Source: Bacilli bacterium
GTDB lineage: Bacteria > Bacillota_I > Bacilli_A > RFN20 > CAG-288
Direction: 5' to 3'
DNA length: 52,356 nucleotides
Assembly (NCBI GenBank): GCA_022780765.1
Contig: JALEUS010000054.1
Location: forward strand, 1-52,356
The position numbers and the translations under genes were made by a program. The notes beneath the pieces are model-generated. The model saw only the letters and a program-made list of their open reading frames with translations. It did not search any database and was not told the DNA's origin. Shown here in pieces: positions 16,043 to 26,900 of this stretch (the stretch's first letter is position 1; each line of letters starts with the position of its first letter).

Positions 16043-18232
16043 TCAGATATCCAAGTTCTTGACGAACTTTGCATTAGCGATAATAAAATCTTTTCTTGGT
16101 TCAACATTCTCACCCATGAGGTCGATTAAAACATCGTTGCTAGCTTCTGCATCTTCGATTGTAACCTGAAGCATTCTTCGATGATTTCTGTCCATGGTGG
16201 TCTCATTTAATTGTTCAGGATCCATCTCACCTAAACCTTTGTATCTCTGAAGCTGATATCTCGCGTTTTCAGGAAGATGACTTTTAATGTTGTCTAATTC
16301 CTCATCGCTGAAGGCGTAGTAGTGATGCCCTTGATAAGTGAGTCTATAAAGAGGAGGTAAAGCGATGTAAAGATTTCCGTTTTCAATAAGAGGTCTCATG
16401 AATCTGTAGAAGAAAGTCATCAGAAGTATTCTGATGTGCGATCCATCGACATCAGCATCGGTCATGATGATGACTTTGTGATACTTGATCTTGCTGACAT
16501 CGAAGTTCTCTCCTTGTCCTCCACCTATTGCGTTGACAAGATTATATATCTCAGCATTCTTCTCTATTCTCACAGCCTGAGCTTTCTCAATATTTAAAAT
16601 CTTTCCTCTCAAAGGGAGGATAGCTTGAGTCTGTGCATCTCTTCCCATGACTGCAGAACCTCCTGCAGAGTTACCCTCGACTATAAATAGTTCTCTTTCC
16701 TCAGGAAGTTTTGATATGCAGTCTGTCAGTTTATCTGGCATACTAGAAGAGGCCGATAATTTGCCCATCGTCTGAGCTTTAGCTTTCTCAGCTGCTTTTC
16801 TTCCTTTGTAAGCTAAAGTCACTCTTTCAAACCAGAGCTTTCCCTCTTTAGGATTCTCCAAAAGGAAAGTCTTTAAAAAGTCGCCCACTATCGAAGAGAC
16901 AACCTTCCTCACCTCTTCATTTCCGAGCTTATCTTTCACTTGACCTTCATACTGAGGAGAGGAATGTTTGATAGATAAAACGACAGTCAAGCCCTCTAAG
17001 CAGTCTTCAGAACGGTAGTTCTCATCTTTCTCTTTGAGCCACTCTTTAGATCTGAAATAGCTGTTTAACTCTCTTCCAATAGCGAGACGGAAACCTTCTT
17101 CATGTGTTCCTCCTCCTGTTGTTCTGATGTTGTTACAAAATGAGTTCATATTTAAAATAGAACCTTTTGTAGGCTGTATAGCACACTCGCAGATGATGGT
17201 TGTAGGACCTGCTTCAAGTCCACCCACATCCACTGTAGACTCTCCTTTTATGTAAAGGATTCTGTCAAAGACCTTGTCTTTGCTATCGTTAATATAAGCC
17301 ACATAATCTTGAATACCATTGTCAAATTTGTGATGAGATGAGATGATGTTATCTTTGTCTCTGTAATCAGTTAAGGAGATATCAAGTCCCTTGTTTAAAT
17401 AGGCTGTCTGCCTCAAGTAGGTGTTTATGGTGGTGAAATCAAATGTTGTCGTCTCCTTGAAGATTAAGGGATCTGGGCAAAACTCAACCCTTGTTCCAGT
17501 CTTGTTTTCATCGCATGTGCCTACCACCTGTAAAGAGGAGACAGGTTTTCCTCCATCTTTAAATACGATCTCGTGAACTTTTCCATCACGGTACACATCG
17601 ACTTTGACATAGGTCGATAAAGCATTGACAGCTTTGACACCTATTCCGTGGAGTCCTCCTGAGATCTTATATCCGGTCTTAGAGTTAAATTTTCCACCTG
17701 CGTGAAGATAGGTGTAAACTGTCTCAACTGTCGATAGACCGGTCTGCGCATTGATATCACAAGGTATACCTCTTCCATCGTCTTCTACAACGATCCTGTT
17801 AATTGAAGTGATCTCATCAGGAGGAAGAATAGATACCTGTATGTGTTTGCAGAATCCTGCCATCGCTTCATCTACACCGTTATCAACAACTTCTCTGACA
17901 AGATGATGAAGTCCTTTTGAAGAGGTTGTACCGATGTACATACCAGGTCTTTGTCTGACACCTTCAAGACCCTGAAGAACGATGATGTCAGAGGCTGTAT
18001 AACTATCTTTAGCTTTTAAAGCTTTTTCTTCCTCATCATCGTTGATTTCAACAGAGGCGATGTGTTCTTCATAAAAGTCTTCTTCTTTGACTTCTTCTTT
18101 AGTTTGCTTTATCTCTTCTTTAGGTTGTCTTGTTTCATCAGAAGCTACTTTTTCAACCTTCTTTCTCTGCTTTTCAGTGATGATTCTTCTTCTCTCTTCA
18201 TCGCTGATAATGTTCTTTTCTTTTTCTTCCAT
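16043..18232 (-). CDS. gyrB: DNA gyrase subunit B
   Basis: 729 aa. Hallmarks are LEGVRQRPGMYIG, GLHHLVREVVDNGVDEA, DDGRGIP, GGLHGIGVKAVNALS, Toprim VEGNSAGGS and IMTDADVDGSHI. AAGGAGGG SD. The first 74 aa are a Lys/Glu-rich extension. Confidence 0.97.
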   Translation of the reverse strand: MEEKEKNIISDEERRRIITEKQRKKVEKVASDETRQPKEEIKQTKEEVKEEDFYEEHIASVEINDDEEEKALKAKDSYTASDIIVLQGLEGVRQRPGMYIGTTSSKGLHHLVREVVDNGVDEAMAGFCKHIQVSILPPDEITSINRIVVEDDGRGIPCDINAQTGLSTVETVYTYLHAGGKFNSKTGYKISGGLHGIGVKAVNALSTYVKVDVYRDGKVHEIVFKDGGKPVSSLQVVGTCDENKTGTRVEFCPDPLIFKETTTFDFTTINTYLRQTAYLNKGLDISLTDYRDKDNIISSHHKFDNGIQDYVAYINDSKDKVFDRILYIKGESTVDVGGLEAGPTTIICECAIQPTKGSILNMNSFCNNIRTTGGGTHEEGFRLAIGRELNSYFRSKEWLKEKDENYRSEDCLEGLTVVLSIKHSSPQYEGQVKDKLGNEEVRKVVSSIVGDFLKTFLLENPKEGKLWFERVTLAYKGRKAAEKAKAQTMGKLSASSSMPDKLTDCISKLPEERELFIVEGNSAGGSAVMGRDAQTQAILPLRGKILNIEKAQAVRIEKNAEIYNLVNAIGGGQGENFDVSKIKYHKVIIMTDADVDGSHIRILLMTFFYRFMRPLIENGNLYIALPPLYRLTYQGHHYYAFSDEELDNIKSHLPENARYQLQRYKGLGEMDPEQLNETTMDRNHRRMLQVTIEDAEASNDVLIDLMGENVEPRKDFIIANAKFVKNLDI

Positions 18233-18233
18233 G

Positions 18234-19313
18234 TTATTCCCTCCTTATCTGGTGGTCTTCTATTTTGAATATCGCGAAGTCATCTAAATCTATCTTTTCA
18301 ACACCGGTGATAATAAACTGCATCCTGTCATTTAGAAACGAAAGAAGAGTGCTCTTTCTTTTCTCATCCAGGTCTGATAAGACATCATCTAACAGAAACA
18401 CAGGATATCTTTTCGTCTTCTCAACCAAGAAATCGTAGATGGCTAGATTCAAGGAAAGAGAAGCTATCCTGTTTTCACCTTGAGAGCCGGAGATAGACAC
18501 ATCTTTCCCATCTATCAAGAACAGTAAATTGTCTCTGTGCGGTCCAAGAAGAGTTGAAAATGAGATGTTCTCACTGGTCTTGTTCTCTTCAAAAAGAGAT
18601 ATCATCTTTTCAATAAAATCGCTTTGATCATCGACAAGAGGACAGGTGGTCTTGTAGATGAGAGAACACTTCTTTTCCTTTTGGAAGATCGATGAGTAGA
18701 TATTCGAGATCTCTCTGTTTATAAAATCGATCATCTCCCTTCTGTTTTTAACAATCCTGTATGCCAGATTGACTAGCTCATTTCTAAGCACATCCAGGAT
18801 ATCATCATCATATCCCTTGACAAGAGCTGCGTTCCTCTCTTTAAGAAGTTTTTTATATCTCCCTAAGGAATAGAGATACCTGCTGTCGCTATAAGATAAA
18901 GCGATATCTATCATTCTCCTTCTCTCGCTGGGCATATCCTTGAATATGTAGACAGACTCAGGATTGTACTGAGAACAGAGAAACAAGGAGAAGATGGATG
19001 AAACTTTTTTCATCTTTTCATCATCGAAGAAAAACTCTCTTCCTTTATCATCTATGTGGCACTCTATGATGTGTTCTTTTTTATCCTCTTCGTAAACAAG
19101 AGAGATACGACACTCCTTTTCTCCGTACTTGACAAGCTGTTGATTGTTCTCTTTTAAAAACGTCTTTCCTAAGGACAGATAATAGATAGCTTCAAGAATC
19201 GTCGTCTTTCCGCAAGCGTTTTCTCCGTAGATGTAATTGCCGTTTTCGCCAAAAGGTATCTCAAGCTTTGAGTAGGATTTGAAGTTATCGATAAATAACT
19301 TTTTAATCAGCAT
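18234..19313 (-). CDS. recF: DNA replication/repair protein RecF
   Basis: 359 aa. It has a Walker A motif (GENACGKTTILEAI), the ABC signature region SGSQGENR, and Walker B (VFLLDDVLSDLD). It sits in the conserved position upstream of gyrB. Confidence 0.9.
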   Translation of the reverse strand: MLIKKLFIDNFKSYSKLEIPFGENGNYIYGENACGKTTILEAIYYLSLGKTFLKENNQQLVKYGEKECRISLVYEEDKKEHIIECHIDDKGREFFFDDEKMKKVSSIFSLFLCSQYNPESVYIFKDMPSERRRMIDIALSYSDSRYLYSLGRYKKLLKERNAALVKGYDDDILDVLRNELVNLAYRIVKNRREMIDFINREISNIYSSIFQKEKKCSLIYKTTCPLVDDQSDFIEKMISLFEENKTSENISFSTLLGPHRDNLLFLIDGKDVSISGSQGENRIASLSLNLAIYDFLVEKTKRYPVFLLDDVLSDLDEKRKSTLLSFLNDRMQFIITGVEKIDLDDFAIFKIEDHQIRRE

Positions 19314-19525
19314 ATGACAAACAGTTTATCTTGTACTTGAACCTTATCCCCTTTGTAAAGCTTCCTGCCTCTTCTCTCTTCAATAGCGTCATTGACGTAC
19401 ACTTTTTCTCTTTTTAAGAAAACTTTCGCCTCGCCTCCTGAGAAGATCACATCAGCTAATTTTAAAAACTGTCCAAGAGTGATAAATTCCCCTTTTATTT
19501 GAATATTTTTCTCAGTGTAATCCAT
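19307..19525 (-). CDS. yaaA: S4-domain RNA-binding protein (YaaA-like)
   Basis: 72 aa: ITLGQFLKLADVIFSGGEAKVFLKREKVYVNDAIEERRGRKLYKGDKV. It overlaps the recF start by 7 nt, matching the canonical yaaA-recF pairing. Confidence 0.85.
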   Translation of the reverse strand: MDYTEKNIQIKGEFITLGQFLKLADVIFSGGEAKVFLKREKVYVNDAIEERRGRKLYKGDKVQVQDKLFVIC

Positions 19526-19554
19526 ATAGATTCTCTTTTTTTAACCACATAAAA

Positions 19555-19583
19555 ATTATATCATTTTTCAGTGTTTTTTTCTA
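19555..19583 (-). promoter_or_regulatory. Candidate promoter of the yaaA-recF-gyrBA-serS operon
   Basis: On the minus strand: TG-extended -10 TGATATAAT (hexamer 19555-19560), a 17-nt spacer, then -35 TAGAAA (19578-19583). Confidence 0.5.
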
Positions 19584-19701
19584 GTGATAATGCAATAAAT
19601 TTATTGTTAAAAAATACTTAATAACCAATCAATAATCATCATTTTAATATATTTTTTATATATAAAACAATTTATAAATTTTATTTAAGTTTCTTACTTT
19701 T

Positions 19702-20322
19702 TTACAAGTTGATATCTTTCTTGTGCCAGCACTGTTGAAAAGCGATCAATCTTCCTTTTTTCACCTTTATATATCCTGGCTTAACTATCCTGTTTGAAAG
19801 GCATAGAGAGCTGTCAAAAGAAAGCTTTCCTTCATACTCATACAGCAGATTTTTTATCTCTATCTCACTTTCATCACAAAGTGAAAAAAGAGATATCCTC
19901 CCTCTTTCATCATCAAATTCCTTCTTGTCTTTAATAAGATACATCATCTCATCATCGTTATAGAAAACCGCTTTACCTCCTCTTTTATCAATGTATGAAA
20001 GAAGAGAGACAGACAAGTAGTTCATATCCGCTCTGCCGTTTAAACAGCCTAAGAAAACAAAATCATCAAATCCTTTATCAAGAAGATAATCAACCGCGTA
20101 AAAGCTATCTGAGATATCTTTATCCCTGTTAAGAATGATCTTTTTATCAGCTAAGGAGAGATCTAAAATATCGTTTGTATCGTTATCCCCGATGAAGAGA
20201 TCGCATCTTATCCTGTTATCAAAAAAATAGTGATATCCTCCATCCAACGCTACTTTATAATAATCTTCATATAAAAAAGAAATGTCTTTAAAACATGAAG
20301 GGCCGACAAGAAGAGAAGTCAT
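19702..20322 (-). CDS. thiN: Thiamine pyrophosphokinase-like protein
   Basis: 206 aa, colinear with TPK: ..ALDGGYHYF..DLFIGDNDT.. (GDFDS motif variant), ..KDISDSFYAVDYL.., ..GCLNGRADMN.. (GGRxDH variant). The C-terminal thiamine-binding beta domain ends ..LSNRIVKPGYIKVKKGRLI. Confidence 0.6.
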   Translation of the reverse strand: MTSLLVGPSCFKDISFLYEDYYKVALDGGYHYFFDNRIRCDLFIGDNDTNDILDLSLADKKIILNRDKDISDSFYAVDYLLDKGFDDFVFLGCLNGRADMNYLSVSLLSYIDKRGGKAVFYNDDEMMYLIKDKKEFDDERGRISLFSLCDESEIEIKNLLYEYEGKLSFDSSLCLSNRIVKPGYIKVKKGRLIAFQQCWHKKDINL

Positions 20323-20876
20323 CTTACAACTCCTGGAAGAGATATCCCGTTCTCTGTCGCTTGGTCATACACTTTCTTTGCTTCCATAAAATCGCCTCTC
20401 CTTTGTAAAATAAGAATCATCCCGTAGTATCCTTCAGCAAGATTGAATCTAGAACCTATCTGATAGTATTTGAAAGCTTCATCTTCATCCTTATCTACTA
20501 TATCTCCTGTTAGAAGATGTTTAGCGTAAGCTAAATCAGCTAGAGGATAAGATTTATTTATCACCTTCTTTAAACACTGCACAGCTTTCTTGCTGTCCTC
20601 TTTTAAATAGAGAAGATACAGGTAATAGTAACCGATGATATTTCCTTCTTCAATCGCTCTGTCTGCTTGAAGCAAAGCATCCTTCTTCTCAAGATAAAAG
20701 ACTCTGTCATCAGAGAAATAATCTTTGAGCAAGATGAGATGATTTGTACCTGAGAAGTTTTTTGAATCCATCAGCACCTTCCTGATGTCGTTTAATTTCT
20801 CGTCACTACAAAAAGGATCTTTCGCAGCCTTTAAGAGATTGAGCAAAAACTCTCTTTTAGAATATGTCTGTTCCAA
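20319..20876 (-). CDS. Sel1/TPR-like repeat protein
   Basis: The preferred start is TTG at 20874-20876, 4 nt after GAGGTG. The longer ORF-track start at 20975 would overlap the upstream gene and its terminator. Sel1-like repeats are present (..GNIIGYYYLYLLYL..KKAVQCLKK.., ..LAEGYYGMILILQRRGDFMEAKKVYDQA..). The stop overlaps the thiN start (ATGA). Confidence 0.55.
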   Translation of the reverse strand: MEQTYSKREFLLNLLKAAKDPFCSDEKLNDIRKVLMDSKNFSGTNHLILLKDYFSDDRVFYLEKKDALLQADRAIEEGNIIGYYYLYLLYLKEDSKKAVQCLKKVINKSYPLADLAYAKHLLTGDIVDKDEDEAFKYYQIGSRFNLAEGYYGMILILQRRGDFMEAKKVYDQATENGISLPGVVR

Positions 20877-20888
20877 GAAACACCTCAC

Positions 20889-20917
20889 AAAAAAATAGAA
20901 GCCTGTACAGGCTTCTA
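20889..20917 (-). terminator. Rho-independent terminator after the giant-lipoprotein operon
   Basis: On the minus strand, TAGAAGCCTG-TA-CAGGCTTCTA forms a perfect 10-bp stem followed by T7. It starts 5 nt after the stop at 20923-20925. Confidence 0.85.
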
Positions 20918-20922
20918 TTTTA

Positions 20923-23900
20923 TCATTTATTTTGCCTTTCAGCGACTGTGATCTTAAATGTCTGCTTGATACCACTTATTGAAACAGTGATTGTTGCTTG
21001 TCCTGTTCCAACACAAGAGATGACACCATCATCAGAAACGATAGCAACCTCCGCATTGTCAGAAGAGAAGATGAACATTTTCTCACTTAAAGCTTCTGAA
21101 GGTTTAATACCAGCTCCACTCTGGAACTGCAGATCACCAGATTGGATGATATTGATATTTTCACCGCTATTATAAGTTCTAGAAGTTATGTCAGATAGTT
21201 TATTTATAGTAAAGTCAGTGATTGTAGGAACTGCGACGATAGTTATTTCATTTCTGGTATTTCCTTTGTCATCAAAGAATGTGAAAGGAGAAGTGATGTA
21301 TCCTCCTGAATCAGCTTCAATGATTAGATTTCCGTGACCCTGAAGAGTGTATTTACCGTACGGTTCAAGACCACCTATCTGTTTTCCAACGTAGACAGAT
21401 GTATCAGTTTTGATCACGCTTTTATCATACTTAATAACTTTCAGTGTGTAGGTTAAAAGATGAAGCTCCTCATCATATAATTCCTGATACACAGCGTTAA
21501 AAGTTAAATTCTCAGTCTTGTCGAAAACAAAGGTCTGATCTGATCTCAGTTTGAAAGACGAGTCAGCAGAGTTTTGCCAATAAAGGAATTTGTAATTCTT
21601 TGGAAGATTCTGTGTCGTTCCATCTGGTGCTGATATCACCTGACCATAATACACGTTTGTTGTAGGTGTTGCTGAATCTCCTACTATTGCTTGATAGACA
21701 TAGACTGGATTATCAGCTGAGTTGAAGAAATTGAAAGTGACTTTATAAGCTATTGCCTTCCACTGAGCTAGTGCAACAACATCGCTTATCTGATTGAACT
21801 TGTTAAAGTCGATAGGACGATTCTCAGATATTTCAGAGATCGCTCCGGTTTGAGAGTCTTTTAGGTAGTACTTCCAAGACACGAAGATAAATCCATCTCT
21901 CTTCGGGGCTGAAAGCGGAGTGAAAGGTTCTCCGTAAATGACTGACATGACGACTGCTTCATCCTTAGCAGATGACTCAGGATCGACAGTGGTTACATTG
22001 TCGATATCTCCGCTCCTGTTAGAATTGTAAATTATTGAGAAAGTCTTCGGTCTTCCATAGGCTGTCAATCTTATAGTGGATCCGTCTGTTAAATCATCGG
22101 TACAGACGTAGGTTGTCAGATTGACAATAGCACCGGTTGATAAGATAAACTCAGGAACGTTCTCATCCACTGCGTATGCTTTGGTTGAATCAAGTCCTCC
22201 ATCACCGGTGAAGAAATCAAGATACGATGTTCCATCTCTGAAGATAGAATCGAACTTCTCGCCGTAAGAGACGTTGATAAACTTCTTGAAAGCACCGTTG
22301 ATATCCATGAATTCTGCACGGTACTTCTTAGCTACCCAGTTTGCTTTTATGGTTATATCCTTAGTGTAGTTGTACTCAAAGGCGTCCTTCAAGATTTTTC
22401 CTTCTGTATCACCTTCGACAACCCAACCATTGAGATTGTAGCCAGTCTTCACATAGTTTATTGGAAGAGCAAAGCGATCATTATATCTAACCTTGACTGT
22501 AACTGAATTGGTTCCGTTATCAGGAACGAGAGTTATATTGAATTCCAAAGCTTCCCAGCTGGCTCTTAAAACTATCTTCTTGTAAGTGACACCATCGATT
22601 ATCTCAGTAGGTAAAGAGGAATCGTTTGACTGAATTATAGATGTATCTTCAATTCTCTTGTCACCATAATACCAGCCTAAGAAACTGTATCCTTTCTTAT
22701 AGGGAATCTCAAGAGGAGTGTCATCGGCAGATCCAGTTACCTGATTGTATCTGTTTGTAAAGAGAGATTTTCTGCTTGAGATAATAGCTCCATTCTCTTT
22801 TTGACAAGATACTCCTCCCTCATCCTGGAAGTCGATGATGACCTCATCACCTATCCAGCTTAAGACAGCGACAATTCCAGAATATTTCTTGAGCTTAGTT
22901 GATATCTCAGTTGTCGTATCGATACTCTTTAATGATTTTCCAACGAGGTTTTTGCTATCATCATAGCCTGCTTGTCCTTGAGGAACAAAGGTGAACTCTT
23001 CAATAGGATTACCTCTGTTTTCAGTTGACGAGTTATCATCCCAGTAAAGTTTTATCGTGTACTTCTGACATCCAACAGGATTTTCAAAGTCAGGCAAAAC
23101 GAATGTTGAATCATATGAGAGAGTCTGAGTCTTCACATCGTTTACTGCACCATTGTTCAAAATGTAAGTGATAGTGTAATCTTTTCTGGCAAAACGAGGT
23201 TTCAAAATTATCTGATCATTTGCATCTGAGAAATCGATAATCGTTCCTTTTTCTATCTTCGTATCACCGTAATACCATCCTTGGAAGATGTATTTTCCAA
23301 ACCCGCTCTCAGTGAATTCAACTGAACCTGTTAAATCAGTTGTGACAGGAATGAGTTCGGGAAGAGCTTTCGAATAATGGGTGTCATAAGTCTGCTTTGC
23401 TAAACCTGTTGTTGAGCTATCGCTTCCATAGACATATATTGTGGACGCACCGTTTTTAACATTGAAATCAGGATCATCGGTATTCTCTTTTTCAAAAGAG
23501 ACCTTGATAGATTTCATCTTCCAGCATCCGTAGACATTTACAGAATCACTGTGTCCGGTAAAGATATCTTTGATGCTCTTCTTGGTGCTTTCATTTCTTG
23601 TAATCAGATTAGTATCAGAAGTGAAGGTATCGTAGATTTTCACTTCCCACTGGTTCTCGGGTGTGTTTGTATAATACAACCAACCGACAAACTCGTATCC
23701 ATCGACACTGGGGTTAGCTAATAAGTCGACTGAACCCGGTTCATTTCCATCCTTGCTGGTGATGGTGTCTTCATAATTCCAGTACATAGTCTCTGAAGAT
23801 AGACCGAGACCAGGGATGAAGGTGACTGTCACCTCTTTGACTTTCCATCTTAGGTAGATTTTGTGTGTTCCCACAAAGGAAGAATCTACGACTGTCTTTC

Positions 23901-26900
23901 TATCTATTTTATTTCCGTAGATATCATAAAATCCATCGAAGGTTAAAAGCTGATCATTGTATGTTTGATTCCCACTTACTTGAGAGTAGCGGAAATCATC
24001 GTACTGAAGAAGTTTTTCAACAGTCTCAATACCATCGTCAACCAACATTGATGAATAGTCAAAGCCGTATGGATAACCGACTCTCACAGTCGTGTTCTTG
24101 AAGTATCCTTTCTCACCTACTGTGGTATCAAGATGAACTTCATTTCCGTTATCTTTATCTATGTAGTAGAACTGAATCTCAGTCTTCTTTCCTCTGATAT
24201 CAGCAACGAGTGTGTGATCTCCGTAATCGAAGGTGTAAGGTCTTCCGTTGATGCTGTTTTTTGTTGACCAACCAATATCTCCTTCTCTCTTCGAGCCAGG
24301 ACATGTGCCAACATAGTCGATGTATTTACCATCATACAGCTTATAGTTTCCTTTCTCTTGCCAACCTAAGAACTCGTAATTGTTGTTAGGTGTAGCAGAT
24401 AAAACAGATGCTGCATTGAGTTCAAAACCATTGTAGATGATTTCTGAAGTCGAAGATTGATTCTCATTGATATAGAACTGACTGTAGTAAGGATGATACG
24501 CATAATATTTGATAGGATTGATCTTCATTCCGTTCTCAACTTCAAAATCGATAGTGTATGCTCTAGGGATGTAAGTGAGAACAAAGTCGGTGTCAGCTGT
24601 GATGTTCTCAAGATTGCTAGCACCTGGAATTATATGTCCGTACTCATCGCAGGGAGCCCATCTCTGTATAAAAGAGTTAAAGTACTCCTCAGTGAAGTAA
24701 GCATCGTTACCGGTGACAAACTTCAGTCCACCTTTGACCATTTCGCTTTTCATATCTATGTATGGATAAGATATAGGTGAATTGCTAGCGACATAAGAAT
24801 CGCTTATCAGTTCAGTTGTTCCTGCTAGATCTTTCACATAGAAGAAACGGACGTGATATGAGCTGGATAAGGTGACTGTCAAAGTAGCGGTGATAGGTTC
24901 AGGATCGTAGTAGTATTCAGGATGAGTAGCCTTCAGATAAGCGGTGACCTCTTGAGAACCCACCTCTGATCTCTTGTCGTTAGATAGGTGATCTAACTCA
25001 ACAAGCCTTCCTAAAACAGGATCGGTTGGCAAGTACTCTCCATAAAACTGCATAGAAACTTCCTTGCCGTTAGCAAAACCTTCTGACTGATTAGGAAATA
25101 CCCTTGAGCTATCCACTGTCAATCTGATCTTATCAATGAACAGATTAGCATACATGTTGTCAATCTTTTCAAAAGTTGATGGTGTATTGAAAGTTGCTTC
25201 TACCAGATAGTTTCCAGGCTTCTCTGGCACTGCTTTGATATGTGTTGAATCGACAACAGCATCATCAAAATCAGGACAGTAGATGATGAGATTATCATCT
25301 TTATCGTATGTGTAGTATTTATAAGAGACTGCAACTCCATCTGGCACGTTTCTAACATAAGGAATATCTTTTACAGAATCATTGTATGTGAATGATGAAT
25401 CCGGGAAAGACATCTCATCTAAATATGTGTTTTTGACAATAGAGAGGAAGGCTACTAAATCAGAACAGTACTTTGTTCCTTTGTTATCAGTGAATGAAGC
25501 TGTGACCTTGTAGTTTCCTATCTCGGTTGGATAAGCTCCCACAAGAGGAGTTGAGATGACCGAGTAATCTGTTGGGTCATCGCTGGTCTTCTCTAGTTTC
25601 TCATATTTATAAGTGACGTTGACTCCTTCAGGAACAAGACCTACCTGAAGGGTATGAGGTTGTCCATCGTAAACATATTTTTTTGAATTTAAAGTCATCG
25701 AAGCGGTATTGTTTCTGATGACACGTCCGTAAACATTGATATCAGAGGGAACACTACCTAAGCTTTCAATCTTGCTTGATATAGAGTAATCAGGACGCAG
25801 ATACCAACCTTCAAAATAGTATCCTTCGTTGACAACAGGATTTTGTAAACTTATCTCTTCTCCGTAGAGATAGGAAAGAGAGTTGTTGTTCTCAGAGAAG
25901 TTAGAGAGGTTATAGGTGACGTAGTATCTGTTGGGTTCAAAAGTGAAGTTGATCTTCTGATCGATTGTCACCTGAATGAGTTTCCACTCCTGCTCTTGAG
26001 ATAAAGAGACAGTGTATCCTTTAGCTATATCCTTGCTTTGAACCATCTTAATGAGTTCACTTTTGCCCCAAGGGCAGTTCTTTCCTTTTTCAAAAGATAT
26101 GCTTTCAAGAACTTCGGTCTGATTGTGATAGAAGGAGATTCTCACACCTTCTGATATTCTCACCCTCATGTTGACAGTGATAGGTGAAGGATCATTGTAG
26201 TTAGGATTGCTGTTGGTGAAATAGATTGTTACAACCTGTACACCATCGCTTTCTCTCTCGTTGTTCTGATAGAAAGGAGTGAGATCTTTGCTTAATCCAT
26301 CAATGATCTCAAGTCTGTTCACTCTTCCAGCGACATAACCAAAATTGTAATACTTTTCACCATTATCTCCAAATGACACATCGTCAGCATTGAAGACGAG
26401 CTTGCTTTTTATCTCTTCGATATCGTAATTGATCTTGTTGATGGTCATGCAGGCTGATAACTGATAGTGAGGAGTGTTTGTCTTCTCATTGTAGATTATC
26501 GCTTTGACAATATGTTTTCCTGCTTGAACCTGATTGTTTCCTTCGTATCTCAAAGCGAAACCTTCAGGAATAAAGGTCTTCCATAGCTGGGAAGAATCAT
26601 CGCCATCGATGAAGATGGAGTGACTTTTGCCATCATAATTGAAGGTAGCACCGTTGAATGCGATCATCGAGTACCAGTCAAGAGATTGATCCTCAGGCGC
26701 TTTGATAATCAAACGAGCTGTCTTATCCTTATACAGGATGGAGTTGTCTGAACTTGTAAAGTGAGCAGTGACCACATAGGATCCAACCTGAGTCTTTCCG
26801 TTGTTTGTGTAGGTGACTTTAACTCCTGCAGGAAGCTTGCTTTCATCGCATGAGATGCTTTTGACATTTCCATCGTAGGTGAATGTCTGATCTTTAAACT

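Noticed and set aside
20877-20975. Longer ORF-track starts: 20975 for the Sel1 gene, 4052 for the second gene of the surface module, 36364 for the lipoprotein and 10376 for the P-II gene.
   Set aside because: The extensions overlap upstream genes or a terminator hairpin and lack SD sequences. Internal starts with good SDs and sensible signal peptides exist at 20876 (TTG), 4181 (ATG), 36400 (TTG) and 10382 (ATG).
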